A stretch of 64,000 nucleotides of DNA from Bdellovibrionota bacterium FG-1 (GTDB taxonomy: Bacteria > Bdellovibrionota > UBA1018), in assembly GCA_051382295.1 (NCBI GenBank), contig JBBCAW010000021.1, positions 83,085 to 147,084 on the forward strand, given 5' to 3'. The translations under genes and the position numbers were made by a program. A model generated the notes under the pieces. That model made no database searches, had not been told where the DNA came from, and was given only the letters and a program-made list of their open reading frames with translations. Positions 18,122 to 28,473 of the stretch are shown here, piece after piece; positions within the stretch are counted from its first letter, which is position 1, and every line of letters starts with the position of its first letter.

Positions 18122-18859
18122 ATGAAAACACCGCTTGTTGAAATCGGCGACCGTCTCACGGCAAATCTCAAGTCCATGCGCTTTAAAAGACCGGTCACTC
18201 ACGTCTACAACCCGCTGGAATACGCCCGTTTACCTTGGGAACGCTACGTGGAATTATACGGTCAGCAACCCCGCCGCGTGGTTTTTTTAGGGATGAACCC
18301 CGGACCGTACGGAATGGCTCAGACCGGTATACCCTTTGGCGAAATCGCGGCAGTAAGAGATTGGATGGGCATACGAGAGAAAGTCGGAAAGCCTTGCGAC
18401 GAACACTCAAAGCGTCCGATTTTGGGTTTTGATTGTCCGCGATCCGAGGTGAGTGGTCAACGCTTGTGGGGATGGGCGCGCAGTCGGTACGGAACCCCCG
18501 AGCGGTTTTTTCGACACTTTTTTGTGCTCAATTATTGCCCCCTTGTGTTCATGGAAGAAAGTGGACGTAACTTGACACCGGATCACTTACCTCCGCGCGA
18601 ACGCGCGACGTTGTTTGGAGTCTGTGACCAGGCACTGCGAGAAATGGTGACGGTTCTCCGTCCCGAGTGGGTGATCGGCGTGGGGGCGTTTGCAGAAAAT
18701 CGCGCACGCGAAGCGCTCGATGGATTTTCGGGAGTCCCGGGTGTTTCGGTCAAGGTGGGGCGAATCCTTCACCCGAGCCCAGCCAGTCCGAAGGCCAATC
18801 GTGGGTGGGCTGCCGCGATTGAGAAAGAACTCACCGCGCTCGGTATCTCGCTGGCCTAG
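18122..18859 (+). CDS. SMUG1-type (family 3) uracil-DNA glycosylase
   Basis: VYNPLEYA, GMNPGPYGMAQTGIPFG, EVSGQRLW, NYCPL, HPSP. Confidence 0.92.
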   Translation: MKTPLVEIGDRLTANLKSMRFKRPVTHVYNPLEYARLPWERYVELYGQQPRRVVFLGMNPGPYGMAQTGIPFGEIAAVRDWMGIREKVGKPCDEHSKRPILGFDCPRSEVSGQRLWGWARSRYGTPERFFRHFFVLNYCPLVFMEESGRNLTPDHLPPRERATLFGVCDQALREMVTVLRPEWVIGVGAFAENRAREALDGFSGVPGVSVKVGRILHPSPASPKANRGWAAAIEKELTALGISLA

Positions 18860-18869
18860 ACGGCATTGC

Positions 18870-19121
18870 TTACCACTTCTGCCCAGGCGCTTCTTGCCCG
18901 AGTTGGAGCTTTCGATTGATGATGCGGGCGTAAAAATAAGCTCGATCACGGCCGAGCAAGAGTCGTTCGACATCTTCGGCGGGTGAACCTTCCCAATGAA
19001 GAGAGTCATCCTCATTGGTGACCTGCAACATGCGGGGCCCATTCTGTTCCAGCAAATTGATCTGAACTTTCACAATTTCTGCTTTTGATTTCATGGTCTG
19101 ACCAATCGACTGAGCATTCAT
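18870..19121 (-). CDS. Small hypothetical protein (83 aa)
   Basis: ATG 19121 preceded by AGGGGA. Confidence 0.5.
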   Translation of the reverse strand: MNAQSIGQTMKSKAEIVKVQINLLEQNGPRMLQVTNEDDSLHWEGSPAEDVERLLLGRDRAYFYARIINRKLQLGQEAPGQKW

Positions 19122-19231
19122 CTCAATCTGTTCCCCTAGATCATCTGTAGTCGGGGTTGTCGCGCAGTACAAGGGGATAAGTGTGACGCAAGGAGCTAGG
19201 CTTGGTTTCTCTGGACAGCAGTATAGAAGAA

Positions 19232-19867
19232 ATGTTTCCATCAAAAATCATGAAATCGCCGTTAGCTATCACCCTTGCGCAGATCTCTCAGGACTCAGAG
19301 TTTGTTCATTTACGGAAATTTGCCCACGTCCGGATTGATCTCAAATATGCTTCGATCGACAATTTCATGGGCAAAAATGTTTATGGAGATTTCAACGAGC
19401 CGTTTCTACATTATCGGGCGGCGCAAAAGTTTGAGCAAGCGGCACAGAGGATAGGAAGCCTCTATCCTGGCTGGGCTCTATTGGTGTTTGATGCGCTTCG
19501 TCCTCGCTCCGTTCAGCGTCTGCTTTGGGCCCATGTCAAGGACACGCCCAACGAGGACTATGTTGCCAACCCTGACAGAGGGTCGATGCATAATTATGGG
19601 TGTGCGGTGGATCTCACGGTAGCAGACCAAAACGGCGTGCCGTTGGATATGGGCACTCCCTTTGACACTTTTCATCCGCTCTCGCAACCCAAGTTAGAGG
19701 CCGATCACTTGCGATCCAAGCAACTCAAAAAGGAACAGGTTGAAAACCGATTGATTCTACGAAAAATTATGACTGACGCGGGATTTATTCAACTTCCGCA
19801 TGAATGGTGGCATTTTGATGCCTTTCCCTCGGCCGAAGTCCGAGCACAGTTTAGAATCATTGAATAA
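19232..19867 (+). CDS. D-Ala-D-Ala dipeptidase (M15D, VanX/DdpX family)
   Basis: DLKYASIDNFMG, FDALRP, SMHNYGCAVD, DMGTPFD, EWWHF. Confidence 0.92.
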   Translation: MFPSKIMKSPLAITLAQISQDSEFVHLRKFAHVRIDLKYASIDNFMGKNVYGDFNEPFLHYRAAQKFEQAAQRIGSLYPGWALLVFDALRPRSVQRLLWAHVKDTPNEDYVANPDRGSMHNYGCAVDLTVADQNGVPLDMGTPFDTFHPLSQPKLEADHLRSKQLKKEQVENRLILRKIMTDAGFIQLPHEWWHFDAFPSAEVRAQFRIIE

Positions 19868-19883
19868 AATATCCAACGCGGGC

Positions 19884-20681
19884 CTAAAACTGTCTTCGAT
19901 CCCGCTTCGAAAGAATTTTTCCATTCGAGGCGTCCACAATCACCTGACGGCCTTGGACATAGAATTCGTAGGCGCGATGGCCTTGAGGAGCGGCATCCGA
20001 TTTACGAGGGTCGACCCAGATCACCTCGCGACCCCCTTTTATTGTGCTCGCTGAAGGGGTGTCCTCTACCGCTGTTTGAGCGCGGGACCGGGCATTTTCG
20101 AGATCCAACGTGCGGGAATTGATTACGATGACATCGCCTGTATAGCTGGACCAAAGTCCAAGGAGCTCGCCCTGGGGTCCGAGATCGACTGTGATGGTAG
20201 CAGGAGGCTCAAGGGGAATACCGTCATAACCTTCTCGAAAGGCCACCTGCGTGGTTGCAGGACTGTTTTTGGCCAACGGAGCAAGCAGCGGTAAATCCGC
20301 TTGAATTCCTAAGAGTCCGCGCGCGCCATCAATCACTTCGTTCGCTCGCATGATCGATTTTTTGGGGTCTTTGGGGTCAAAATCCGGCGCGCCTCGCAAA
20401 CCATTGCCGAAAGATCCCTTCAAAGATTCCAGATGTCCTTTTGAATTAAACTGGGGGTTCAAATCCGGACCGAATTTTTTTTGAAACATTTTCCACAGAT
20501 TTGCTGGTTTAGAAATAGAGGATGGGCTTGGTGTGGGGGATGTAGCTGCTTGCATCGGCGACGGGGAAGGGGTCAAACTAGAGGATGTGACGGATGGGCG
20601 TAAAGGCTCGTGGCCCCGCTCGTGGAAAAGCCACGCGGCAAGCAGAGCGAGAGCGATACATCCTGCTAAGAGCTTTTTCAT
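19884..20681 (-). CDS. Stand-alone FTP + PepSY propeptide-like protein
   Basis: QVAFREGYDGIPL (FTP-like) and AYEF...IVDASNGKIL (PepSY); N-terminal anchor; no HExxH. Confidence 0.65.
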   Translation of the reverse strand: MKKLLAGCIALALLAAWLFHERGHEPLRPSVTSSSLTPSPSPMQAATSPTPSPSSISKPANLWKMFQKKFGPDLNPQFNSKGHLESLKGSFGNGLRGAPDFDPKDPKKSIMRANEVIDGARGLLGIQADLPLLAPLAKNSPATTQVAFREGYDGIPLEPPATITVDLGPQGELLGLWSSYTGDVIVINSRTLDLENARSRAQTAVEDTPSASTIKGGREVIWVDPRKSDAAPQGHRAYEFYVQGRQVIVDASNGKILSKRDRRQF

Positions 20682-20695
20682 TCGAGTTGATCTTT

Positions 20696-22615
20696 TTAGT
20701 TAATCGTTGCCGGAAAAATCAAAGTAACAGCTGCACCATTTGAGGGTTTTGCCACCACTTGAAAGCGAACGGTTTTTCCGTGCGCCGCCTTTGCACTGAC
20801 GCGCACCCAAAGTGCGGTCGTAAAGTCGTGGTCAAAAAATGGATTTGTTTTGAAATAGTTGCTGGCAGTGGCCACCGAGTAGGTTGAATTCGCAGAAGAA
20901 AGCGAAGTGACGATATTTGTCCCGTTAATTTTTCCATAAATCATCTGGGTTTTTGTTTCGTCGCCAAAACCTTCGCTGTTGCTCATGTTGACTTGAGTGT
21001 CAAATGTGATTTCTGGATCCAAGGTGGTAACGGTGAGTTGGACGCCCCCCGCAGTTTGCGCGGCCGTGTTTTGAATATCAAACCAGACTGCGACTAGTTC
21101 ACCCGGATCGAGCTGGCCGTTCAGGCCTTCGGTAATTCCCTGTGGAATGAGATCATTCACATTTGAACTGCCGGTAATTTGCGTTAGCCAGGTTTTGAGC
21201 AGCGTAGGATTGTCTTGCACTCGAAGGCCGGGAGTGACCCCTTGAATGCCCGAACCCACCGCGGCCCAAGTCGCATCTAAGTCGGTGCCGCCATAGATGC
21301 CCCGATTAGTGAGGGCCGTCGTGATCGAGGTTTGGTCTGCGGCGGAAAGATTGACCAGGGGCGCGGCTGCAATGATTTGCGAGGCCATTTCTCTAAAGGT
21401 AATTGGAGAAAGTAAAGTGGCAGTTTTTTTAGGTAAATGGGTGACGGCCTCCATCACAAGTTGCGTCGTCTTCAGTTCCGCTTTGGCTTGATCGTTCGAG
21501 TAATTGGTCTTCAGCGCTTCGTAGACATCCCAGAGCGCGCCTTCCATGAGTACGCCTGCATTATGGATTTCTTCTTGCGATTTGTAAGTCGAAAACGCAT
21601 TGGCTACGTATCCAGGGCCTTGGTAATTGTTGGCATAGGGCCAGCCAAGGCCGTCCGGATAGACATAGCTGACGGTATTGTTGGCACCAGAAAAACCGGG
21701 GTAACCCGTGCATTGTGGGTAGGCTGCATCGTAAGCGGGGCATTTATCCGCGCCCCGAGTTCCCACATGATGAGGAATAAAAGTGCCCAAGGCCCAACGG
21801 CTAAAGAGGCGCGGATTGAGACCAGGCATGGATGCTAAAAAAGGATCCAAAAGAGGTTCTTCAAACATGAGTGCCATAAAATCAGAGATGGCTTCATTGA
21901 GGGCGCCTGCTTCATCGTAATAGTATTTGTTCAAATCTTCGGTTGCCGAATAAGAATCCGTGGTCGTTGCATGTTGAAGTTCATGAATGGTCACGACTCC
22001 GTCATCGGAGTAAGAAGCGCCCTCGGTGGCGACCGAATCCCCCAGGCAAACTTCCTCGATCGTTTCATGGTTGCTGTTTTGCCCCCGCACGAAAAACGCA
22101 TTATCCTGCTTTTGGCAATGCGCCAGGATGATCACGGGGGTTTGGGACAGTAAATAGCCGGTGGTGTCTAGGCGTGATCTATATTGATCGCCCCAATAGT
22201 AGGCCATAGCCTCCTGAAAACGAAAATCTGAATGTGGGTAGCTGAACTGATTGGCCTTGTCATAGGCTCCGTACCAAGCGTTACAGGTGGTCCCGTTGCG
22301 AACATCGACATATGCCCCTTTGAGCACGCCATAGCCCAAAAGGTTTTGAAGCGTTACGGTATCCGTATAATTATCCAGTAAAAGCGAAGTAGGAGCGAGC
22401 TTGAGATCGCCGGACTTAAGGATAGGGTCGGGTGAAAATACTTTTGCGGTCCCAGTGCCGCCCGAAACATTGGGGCTGAGTTCGCTGGACGCACAAGGAT
22501 TAGGCGTAGGGGCGGGGGTAGGGGCCGTTGACTGAGCGCAACCGCCCAGTTGAAGTGCAACTGTGCTGATGGCCAGAAGGCCGAAGATAGATTGATTTAG
22601 TCTATGGTTACTCAA
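20696..22615 (-). CDS. Thermolysin/fungalysin-like (M4/M36) zinc metalloprotease, lipoprotein
   Basis: Lipobox LGGC, DNAFF, HELQH, GALNEAISDF, EIHNAG. Confidence 0.8.
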   Translation of the reverse strand: MSNHRLNQSIFGLLAISTVALQLGGCAQSTAPTPAPTPNPCASSELSPNVSGGTGTAKVFSPDPILKSGDLKLAPTSLLLDNYTDTVTLQNLLGYGVLKGAYVDVRNGTTCNAWYGAYDKANQFSYPHSDFRFQEAMAYYWGDQYRSRLDTTGYLLSQTPVIILAHCQKQDNAFFVRGQNSNHETIEEVCLGDSVATEGASYSDDGVVTIHELQHATTTDSYSATEDLNKYYYDEAGALNEAISDFMALMFEEPLLDPFLASMPGLNPRLFSRWALGTFIPHHVGTRGADKCPAYDAAYPQCTGYPGFSGANNTVSYVYPDGLGWPYANNYQGPGYVANAFSTYKSQEEIHNAGVLMEGALWDVYEALKTNYSNDQAKAELKTTQLVMEAVTHLPKKTATLLSPITFREMASQIIAAAPLVNLSAADQTSITTALTNRGIYGGTDLDATWAAVGSGIQGVTPGLRVQDNPTLLKTWLTQITGSSNVNDLIPQGITEGLNGQLDPGELVAVWFDIQNTAAQTAGGVQLTVTTLDPEITFDTQVNMSNSEGFGDETKTQMIYGKINGTNIVTSLSSANSTYSVATASNYFKTNPFFDHDFTTALWVRVSAKAAHGKTVRFQVVAKPSNGAAVTLIFPATIN

Positions 22616-22727
22616 ACGGCATCCCCCTAGGTCTTTATTCTAAACGAAGCCCATCTTTTTCACTAACAGAACATATAACGCAACGCGTTAATCTTATATC
22701 GACAACGGCTTTATGATGCAAGAGATA

Positions 22728-23981
22728 TTAGTCTGTAAACTCGACTCGAATGACGTCCTGACGTAAGGCTTCAATGAGGGCTTCGCTATGTTTTGGGCCT
22801 CGGGTTTCTAGAGTGAGCGCTACTTCGGTCTGATCGATGCGGGTTGAAGGTTGGCTGCGATCATGAATTGCTTGAATAATATTGGCACCTTGGCTGGAAA
22901 TTAAAGCAGTCAACCGAGCTAAAGAGCCGGGTCGATCCGACATCCAGATATTTACGCGCACCAGCCGGCCTGCGCGAATCAGCCCTCGGTCGATAATTCG
23001 TGACAAAAGATTGACGTCAATATTGCCGCCGCTCACGATGATGACCACCTTTTTGCCCCGAATCTTTCTTCGCATTTGTTCGAGCACTGCTAACGGCAAG
23101 GCCCCTGAGCCTTCTGCTAGGGTCTTCGCTTTTTCGAGCAGCATTAAGATGGCTGCGGCGATTGCTTCATCGTCCGCTTCCAGAATTTCATCGAGCCGGG
23201 GTGCCAAAAGCCTGCGCATTGTTTCGGTGGCACGGCCGACCGCGATTCCGTCAGCAAAAGTATCGACTTTGTGAAGGGTGACGGACTTGCCCGTGTGGAG
23301 TGCCCGAATCATGGCGGGTGCGCCGGAGGCCTGACATCCGATGAGTCGAGTCTGCGGGCGGAGAGCTCTAAATACCGTTGATACACCTGTCATTAACCCG
23401 CCTCCGCCGATCGCGGAAACAACGAAATCAGGGTCTGGAAGCTGTTCTAAGATTTCTAGTCCAACCGTGCCCGCTCCCGCCATGATGTGTTCGTCTTCAA
23501 AGGCATGGATAAAAACGCGGCCGGATTTTTTAGCGATGCTTTGGGCAAAGTCAAATGCCTCTTGGAAGTTTTGACCCTCCATCATAATTTCGGCCCCCAG
23601 GCTTCGGGTATTTTGTTCTTTGACGAGCGGCGCGCCCTTCGGCATGACGATGAGGGCGCTGGTTCCTAGTCTGCGAGAGCCCCAGGCGACCCCTTGCGCA
23701 TGATTTCCAGCGCTTGCGGCAATCACGCCGCGGCGGCGTTCAGCGGCACTCAGTTGTGAGATCTTGTAAGTGGCGCCCCGAATTTTGAACGAACCAATGG
23801 GCTGCATATTTTCGAGTTTAAGATAGAGTTCGCAGCCTAATTGCTCAGATAGCCAGGAGTTGAATAACAGGGGTGTGGGCTTAATGTATTTGGATAGTTC
23901 GGTGCGTGCAGCCTGAATGGCTGCTAACGAAACGTTCATTGTGGACCTAGACCGGGCGTCTTGCTTGGATTTCTTTGCCAT
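22728..23981 (-). CDS. ilvA: Threonine ammonia-lyase with ACT domain; start may be 23939
   Basis: KLENMQPIGSFKIRGA, ASAGNHAQG, IGGGGL, SGGNID, DRPGSL ACT domain. Confidence 0.93.
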   Translation of the reverse strand: MAKKSKQDARSRSTMNVSLAAIQAARTELSKYIKPTPLLFNSWLSEQLGCELYLKLENMQPIGSFKIRGATYKISQLSAAERRRGVIAASAGNHAQGVAWGSRRLGTSALIVMPKGAPLVKEQNTRSLGAEIMMEGQNFQEAFDFAQSIAKKSGRVFIHAFEDEHIMAGAGTVGLEILEQLPDPDFVVSAIGGGGLMTGVSTVFRALRPQTRLIGCQASGAPAMIRALHTGKSVTLHKVDTFADGIAVGRATETMRRLLAPRLDEILEADDEAIAAAILMLLEKAKTLAEGSGALPLAVLEQMRRKIRGKKVVIIVSGGNIDVNLLSRIIDRGLIRAGRLVRVNIWMSDRPGSLARLTALISSQGANIIQAIHDRSQPSTRIDQTEVALTLETRGPKHSEALIEALRQDVIRVEFTD

Positions 23982-24089
23982 GATTGAGAAATTAGGCCGG
24001 CATAAGGCCTTATAAATCAATGGAAAACTAAAAATTTGACGCTTAAGGTCAAATAAGATAGGAATTGCGATCTGAAACGGAGGCTGTGG

Positions 24090-25325
24090 ATGTCGCTTCG
24101 CAACTTGTCTATTTCAAAAAACAGCATCTTCGCAGTGATCACGAGTGGTGCTGCATTTTTTGGAATGATTTTAATGTCTTTGCCGGTCTTGGTTTCGAAC
24201 GTTCAGGCTGCCCCTTTGAACGTTTCGGCGTTGGAGTCGCCGATCGGAAGATTTTTATTGGGTGAGACGAATGAAGGCTTTCAGATTCTGAGTCGGATTT
24301 TGGGCCATGCGCCCGGGAGTTCATCTTCAGTTGACGAAGCGTTGGCCTTGATGAATGACGGACAACTCAGAGATGTTCAAAAGACTTTGGAAGAACGAAT
24401 CGGACGAGTTCGTGAAAAATTCCAAGAAGCGCGGCAACAACGGAATGGGGGTAAAGAAGTTCCAGAAACCCAGGAAATGGGTCCTGAAGAGCGGCTCATT
24501 TTGCGAGAGGTCGCCGGGCGGGAACTTAAAATTCAACAAATCTGGGAAGCCGAACTTGGCCGTGGCGAGTTTGCCACTCAATCGGAGGCGGGGGGGCTGA
24601 CGAGTAGTCGGCAACGTTTCTTGTCCGCGACCTCAGAAGACCACGCCTTAGGTGTTCCAGAAGAAGTTGCCGAAAATGCTTCGGTTGATTTGCAGGAAGC
24701 TGGAAGTAATCGCCTCAAAAAGTGGGCGCAGGATCTGACCAATTGGAGCGATGAAAGCCGTACCTGCATGAGCAATCGCAATAAAGGTGAGGCGTTCAAG
24801 GCCTGGGTTCGTAATTTTGGCGAACAGGTTTTGATTTCGACTTCGGTCACGACTGTGGGATCACTCGCACGGTTTGGTTTTGCTAAACTCGATTTACGGG
24901 CTTTTTCACTGGATATTATGATGGGGTTCATTTCGACAGGCGTCAGCATGGGGTTGATGAATGACCATGATAGCATGCTGGTTCGGTGGATCAAGGTTCT
25001 GGGTTGGGGTGTCGGGCGATCCAATGTGGATGCGTGGGTCTACGAAATCACGCCTTGGACGGACACGCATGGCTTCCCGATGGCGGAGGCAGTGCGCGAG
25101 CGCAAAGAATTCAATATCGCTTGGAATGTAAAAACCTCATGGGTGAGTCCTACGATGTTTCGAGTTTTGAATGGGATCGAGTGTGTCGCGAGTGCTCGAG
25201 GCGTCTCTAATTTGGCGGCGATTCGTAAATTGAACTTTGCCGTGAAGACCAGCGTGTCGACCGTCAATTCGTATCTTTATTACGGAGCTCGCACGAGTTC
25301 TGTCATAAGTTCTCGTACCCGTTAA
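24090..25325 (+). CDS. Exported/membrane hypothetical protein
   Basis: 411-aa ORF with N-terminal signal and hydrophobic C-terminal helices. Confidence 0.6.
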   Translation: MSLRNLSISKNSIFAVITSGAAFFGMILMSLPVLVSNVQAAPLNVSALESPIGRFLLGETNEGFQILSRILGHAPGSSSSVDEALALMNDGQLRDVQKTLEERIGRVREKFQEARQQRNGGKEVPETQEMGPEERLILREVAGRELKIQQIWEAELGRGEFATQSEAGGLTSSRQRFLSATSEDHALGVPEEVAENASVDLQEAGSNRLKKWAQDLTNWSDESRTCMSNRNKGEAFKAWVRNFGEQVLISTSVTTVGSLARFGFAKLDLRAFSLDIMMGFISTGVSMGLMNDHDSMLVRWIKVLGWGVGRSNVDAWVYEITPWTDTHGFPMAEAVRERKEFNIAWNVKTSWVSPTMFRVLNGIECVASARGVSNLAAIRKLNFAVKTSVSTVNSYLYYGARTSSVISSRTR

Positions 25326-26281
25326 GCGACCTTGCGTTTCTCGAGTTCGTGTTTCGATAAATCGGGGCGAAGTACCCAGACCGGACAATGCGCACCTCGA
25401 AGGACGTGACGTGTGACGCTCCCTAAAAGGCGCGCAGACCAGCCGGTATTTTGCGCACCCATGCAGATCCAATCCATTTTACGCGTTTTTGAGGTATTTA
25501 AGATCGTCTCGGCGAGAGACGTTTGTCCGATTTCGACTACGGCCTCGCACGCTACTCCTTGATGAGTTGCCCACCTTGCCCAGGCCTCGCCATGACGTTG
25601 GGCGCGAAAAAGGGCTTGATCGAGAAATTCTTGCACCGGAATCCAGATAAATAGGGGTTCAACGGGCTTGGGAATAACGTGAAAAATCGTCATTTTCACC
25701 CCAAAATCCCGAGCGGCGTAAACGGCCTTTCTGAAAATCAGATCGGAACGATCTCCAAAGTCAGTTGGAAATAGGAGGCGGTTCAGTTCAAAGCGCTTGT
25801 GCATTTTTGGACCGACCACCATCACGGGAACGTGCGACCTAAATAGTAGGGTTTCAGCAAAGCTTCCTAGAAGGAGTCGGTCGATTCCGGTTCTCCCATG
25901 AGAGCTGACTAAGATGAGATCAGCATTTGCTTCTGATGCAAAACGAATGATCGCGTCAGTGGATCGTGCGATGGAAGGGGTGGTTTGATGAAGAATAACC
26001 GGTCGGGCAATATTGCAAAGGCCGGTCTGTTGAATGAAAGAATCAAGAGCCCTCCTGGCACCGGACTCATAGTGGCCTAGTCCCGTGTTGGGTCCAGGCG
26101 CTTCGGCGGCGGTTAAAATGAGCTCTGAAGGGCCTAGCACATGCACGGGCTGGACAAGAGTGTTTCTCTTAGCCTGAAAACACCGAACGACATCAACCGC
26201 GGAACTCACCAGTCCGTCACCTAGATGCTTACTCTCGAAAGGATCGATCGCCCAAATCAATTTCTTTGGTAAGGGAGCCAT
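25322..26281 (-). CDS. Universal stress protein (tandem domains)
   Basis: SSHGRTGIDRLLLGSFAE, PTDF, LLGSVTRHVLRGAHCPVWV. Confidence 0.9.
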   Translation of the reverse strand: MAPLPKKLIWAIDPFESKHLGDGLVSSAVDVVRCFQAKRNTLVQPVHVLGPSELILTAAEAPGPNTGLGHYESGARRALDSFIQQTGLCNIARPVILHQTTPSIARSTDAIIRFASEANADLILVSSHGRTGIDRLLLGSFAETLLFRSHVPVMVVGPKMHKRFELNRLLFPTDFGDRSDLIFRKAVYAARDFGVKMTIFHVIPKPVEPLFIWIPVQEFLDQALFRAQRHGEAWARWATHQGVACEAVVEIGQTSLAETILNTSKTRKMDWICMGAQNTGWSARLLGSVTRHVLRGAHCPVWVLRPDLSKHELEKRKVA

Positions 26282-26295
26282 ATCGCTAAAAATGA

Positions 26296-26311
26296 AGCAG
26301 AGGGTGTGCCA
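26296..26311 (-). promoter_or_regulatory. Putative sigma54 promoter of the USP gene
   Basis: Minus strand TGGCACACCCTCTGCT, GG-N10-GC, 14 nt before ATG. Confidence 0.6.
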
Positions 26312-26378
26312 AGAAAGCGGGGGACTCCATTAAAAATCCATAAACAATTCCTAAAATAATCCGAAAAGGACATATAAT

Positions 26379-27614
26379 ATGAACACGAAATTGCTGTTTA
26401 CGGCAAAAGATGCCGTCAAGCTTTCACCTAAAGACTGGCTGATATTTAATAGTCTTATCGCTTTCTACAGGGTGACGGGCCTTTGGCGCTTTCCCATCCC
26501 AGCGAGCGGGGATATCGAAACCATGACCCGCAGGGACGCGCTCTATTGGTTATACAAAGCCAGGTATCCCATCACAAGAGCAACTCAGGATTCAGGTCTT
26601 GAGTCTTTTTTCGAGAAACAAGCTTCTTTTCGTTGGGCGCTGCCCGATGGCTTCACCCCGTTGGAGGACTTGCGGTTATCTTCTGTCGGCGACCTCATGG
26701 ATCACCCGTATTTGCCCAACTCCGCCGATTGTCTCTACGGCGGAGTCGAAGACACGGTATTTGACGCCGATGTCTCGATGGCGAACCTAGAATGCGTCGT
26801 GTTTCCGGAAGCCACTGGAGCCTTTGAAATCACTACGAAGGCGGCTCCGCCCCTCTATTATAAGCTCGAAAACTTCAATGCTGCCAAGGGCACCCAGGGG
26901 CGCCAATATTCCTTCATGGCTACGGCAGGCAACCACAGTATGGATTGCGGAGAAGCAGGCGTAGCCTCCACGGTCCGCGCGCTGAGAGCCGCTGGCATCG
27001 CCTTCCATGGCATGAACGAGACGGTGGAAGACGCCGATTCCGCGACGATCATCGAGAAAAAGGGATTGCGGATCGGGTTGCTCTCGCACACGTACGGATT
27101 GAATGCGAAAAAACCGCCCAAGGAAAAGCCTTGGATTGTGAATCGCGCGAATCTCAACGGAAAGCCCGAAAAAATCGATTTTACCCGAATCGAAAGACAA
27201 ATCCAATACTGTCGGGAAAATCAGGTTGATCTGATCGTCGCGCAGCTGCACTGGGGCTTGGAGCATGAATCCTATCCTCGGCCAGAGCAGTTGGAGGTCG
27301 CCCATGTTCTGGCGGAGAAGGGGGTCGATATCTTGATCGGTCATCACCCCCACGTGATCCAGCCCATGGAATGTTATCGCACTCGGCGGGACCCTGATCG
27401 TGTAGTGCCGATTTATTACTCGCTCGGAAACTTAATAACTCCGTTTTCGCATCCCGCCTTTCGCCGTAGCGATGTGGCACGAATCACGGTGGCCAAAGGC
27501 ACAAATCGGGATGGGGTAACGCGTACTTACGTCCGATCGGCAGAGAGGGTCGAAGTTTTCCAGGAAATCGACGAAAAGAACGGAAAAATCAGGTTGGTTG
27601 CACATGGCGAATGA
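26379..27614 (+). CDS. CapA-family metallophosphoesterase
   Basis: VGDLM, ANLEC, AGNHSMDCG, LHWGLE, GHHPHV, YSLGN. Confidence 0.88.
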   Translation: MNTKLLFTAKDAVKLSPKDWLIFNSLIAFYRVTGLWRFPIPASGDIETMTRRDALYWLYKARYPITRATQDSGLESFFEKQASFRWALPDGFTPLEDLRLSSVGDLMDHPYLPNSADCLYGGVEDTVFDADVSMANLECVVFPEATGAFEITTKAAPPLYYKLENFNAAKGTQGRQYSFMATAGNHSMDCGEAGVASTVRALRAAGIAFHGMNETVEDADSATIIEKKGLRIGLLSHTYGLNAKKPPKEKPWIVNRANLNGKPEKIDFTRIERQIQYCRENQVDLIVAQLHWGLEHESYPRPEQLEVAHVLAEKGVDILIGHHPHVIQPMECYRTRRDPDRVVPIYYSLGNLITPFSHPAFRRSDVARITVAKGTNRDGVTRTYVRSAERVEVFQEIDEKNGKIRLVAHGE

Positions 27615-28473
27615 AAAGACCCGGTATATTCTTGATTCGCACGGTGAGACTGAGCGTCTCGAGCGGCAGTCGCAGATGAAAGCTTACGACTTCGAGTTGG
27701 AGCTGCAATTCCTCAAGGTCCTTGAAGGGCAAAAGATCCTGGATGCTGGCTGCGGAAGCGGCATCGTTTCGGATTATTTGTCTAGGCGGGCACCTGAGGT
27801 AGAGATCGTCGGCTTGGATTTCTCGAAGGAGAGGATCGAAGCCGCCAAGGCAAAATACGGCTTGGCCAAGAATATCAGCTTCGTTCAGCAGAGCCTGCTG
27901 GAAACGGATCTGATGCAGGATCGTTTTGACACGATCTTATGTCGGTATGTATTGCGGCATTTCAGCGCTTCCGACTGCAAGAGTGTCATTCAGAATTTAT
28001 TTGGCCTGTTGAAGCCAGGCGGTACGCTTTACTGCATTGATGTGGAAGGCGTCATGGGCGAGATCTATCCGGCCTCGCGCTTTTTGAAAACAGCGCTTCG
28101 CAAGCTGCGCGAAGCCAAGTCCGTGGACTTTCAAGTGGCGCGTAAGATGCCCACCCTCTTGCTGGAGCAGGGCTTTCAGGACGTGGATTGGCATGTGCTG
28201 GTTTCAGAATTCAAAGAGGATGAGCTTTCGCAAGAGATTAGCAATCTCGAAAAGACGGCCCAGAGCGCGAAATCGTTCGCCGAGCAGGTGCTCGGAGGAT
28301 CGGATCGCGTCGAGCGTTTCGAGAAACAGTATTTTTCCGCGCTTCGCGAGCGCGAAGGGCTGATTCTCTTTTATAACCGCGTGATCGCCATAGGGACCAA
28401 GCCAAAGCCGAAGCTTCAGCTGGTTACTTCAAACAGCCGAGGGCAATATTCTGAAAAGAAGGCTCGATGCTGA
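27604..28473 (+). CDS. Class I SAM-dependent methyltransferase
   Basis: ETERLERQ, ILDAGCGSG, GLDFS, LKPGG. Confidence 0.88.
   Translation: MANEKTRYILDSHGETERLERQSQMKAYDFELELQFLKVLEGQKILDAGCGSGIVSDYLSRRAPEVEIVGLDFSKERIEAAKAKYGLAKNISFVQQSLLETDLMQDRFDTILCRYVLRHFSASDCKSVIQNLFGLLKPGGTLYCIDVEGVMGEIYPASRFLKTALRKLREAKSVDFQVARKMPTLLLEQGFQDVDWHVLVSEFKEDELSQEISNLEKTAQSAKSFAEQVLGGSDRVERFEKQYFSALREREGLILFYNRVIAIGTKPKPKLQLVTSNSRGQYSEKKARC

Noticed and set aside
18122..18859. SMUG1 as a eukaryote-derived gene
   Set aside because: Bacterial family 3 UDGs are already known
26379..27614. Poly-gamma-glutamate capsule locus
   Set aside because: No capB or capC; orphan CapA-family genes are common
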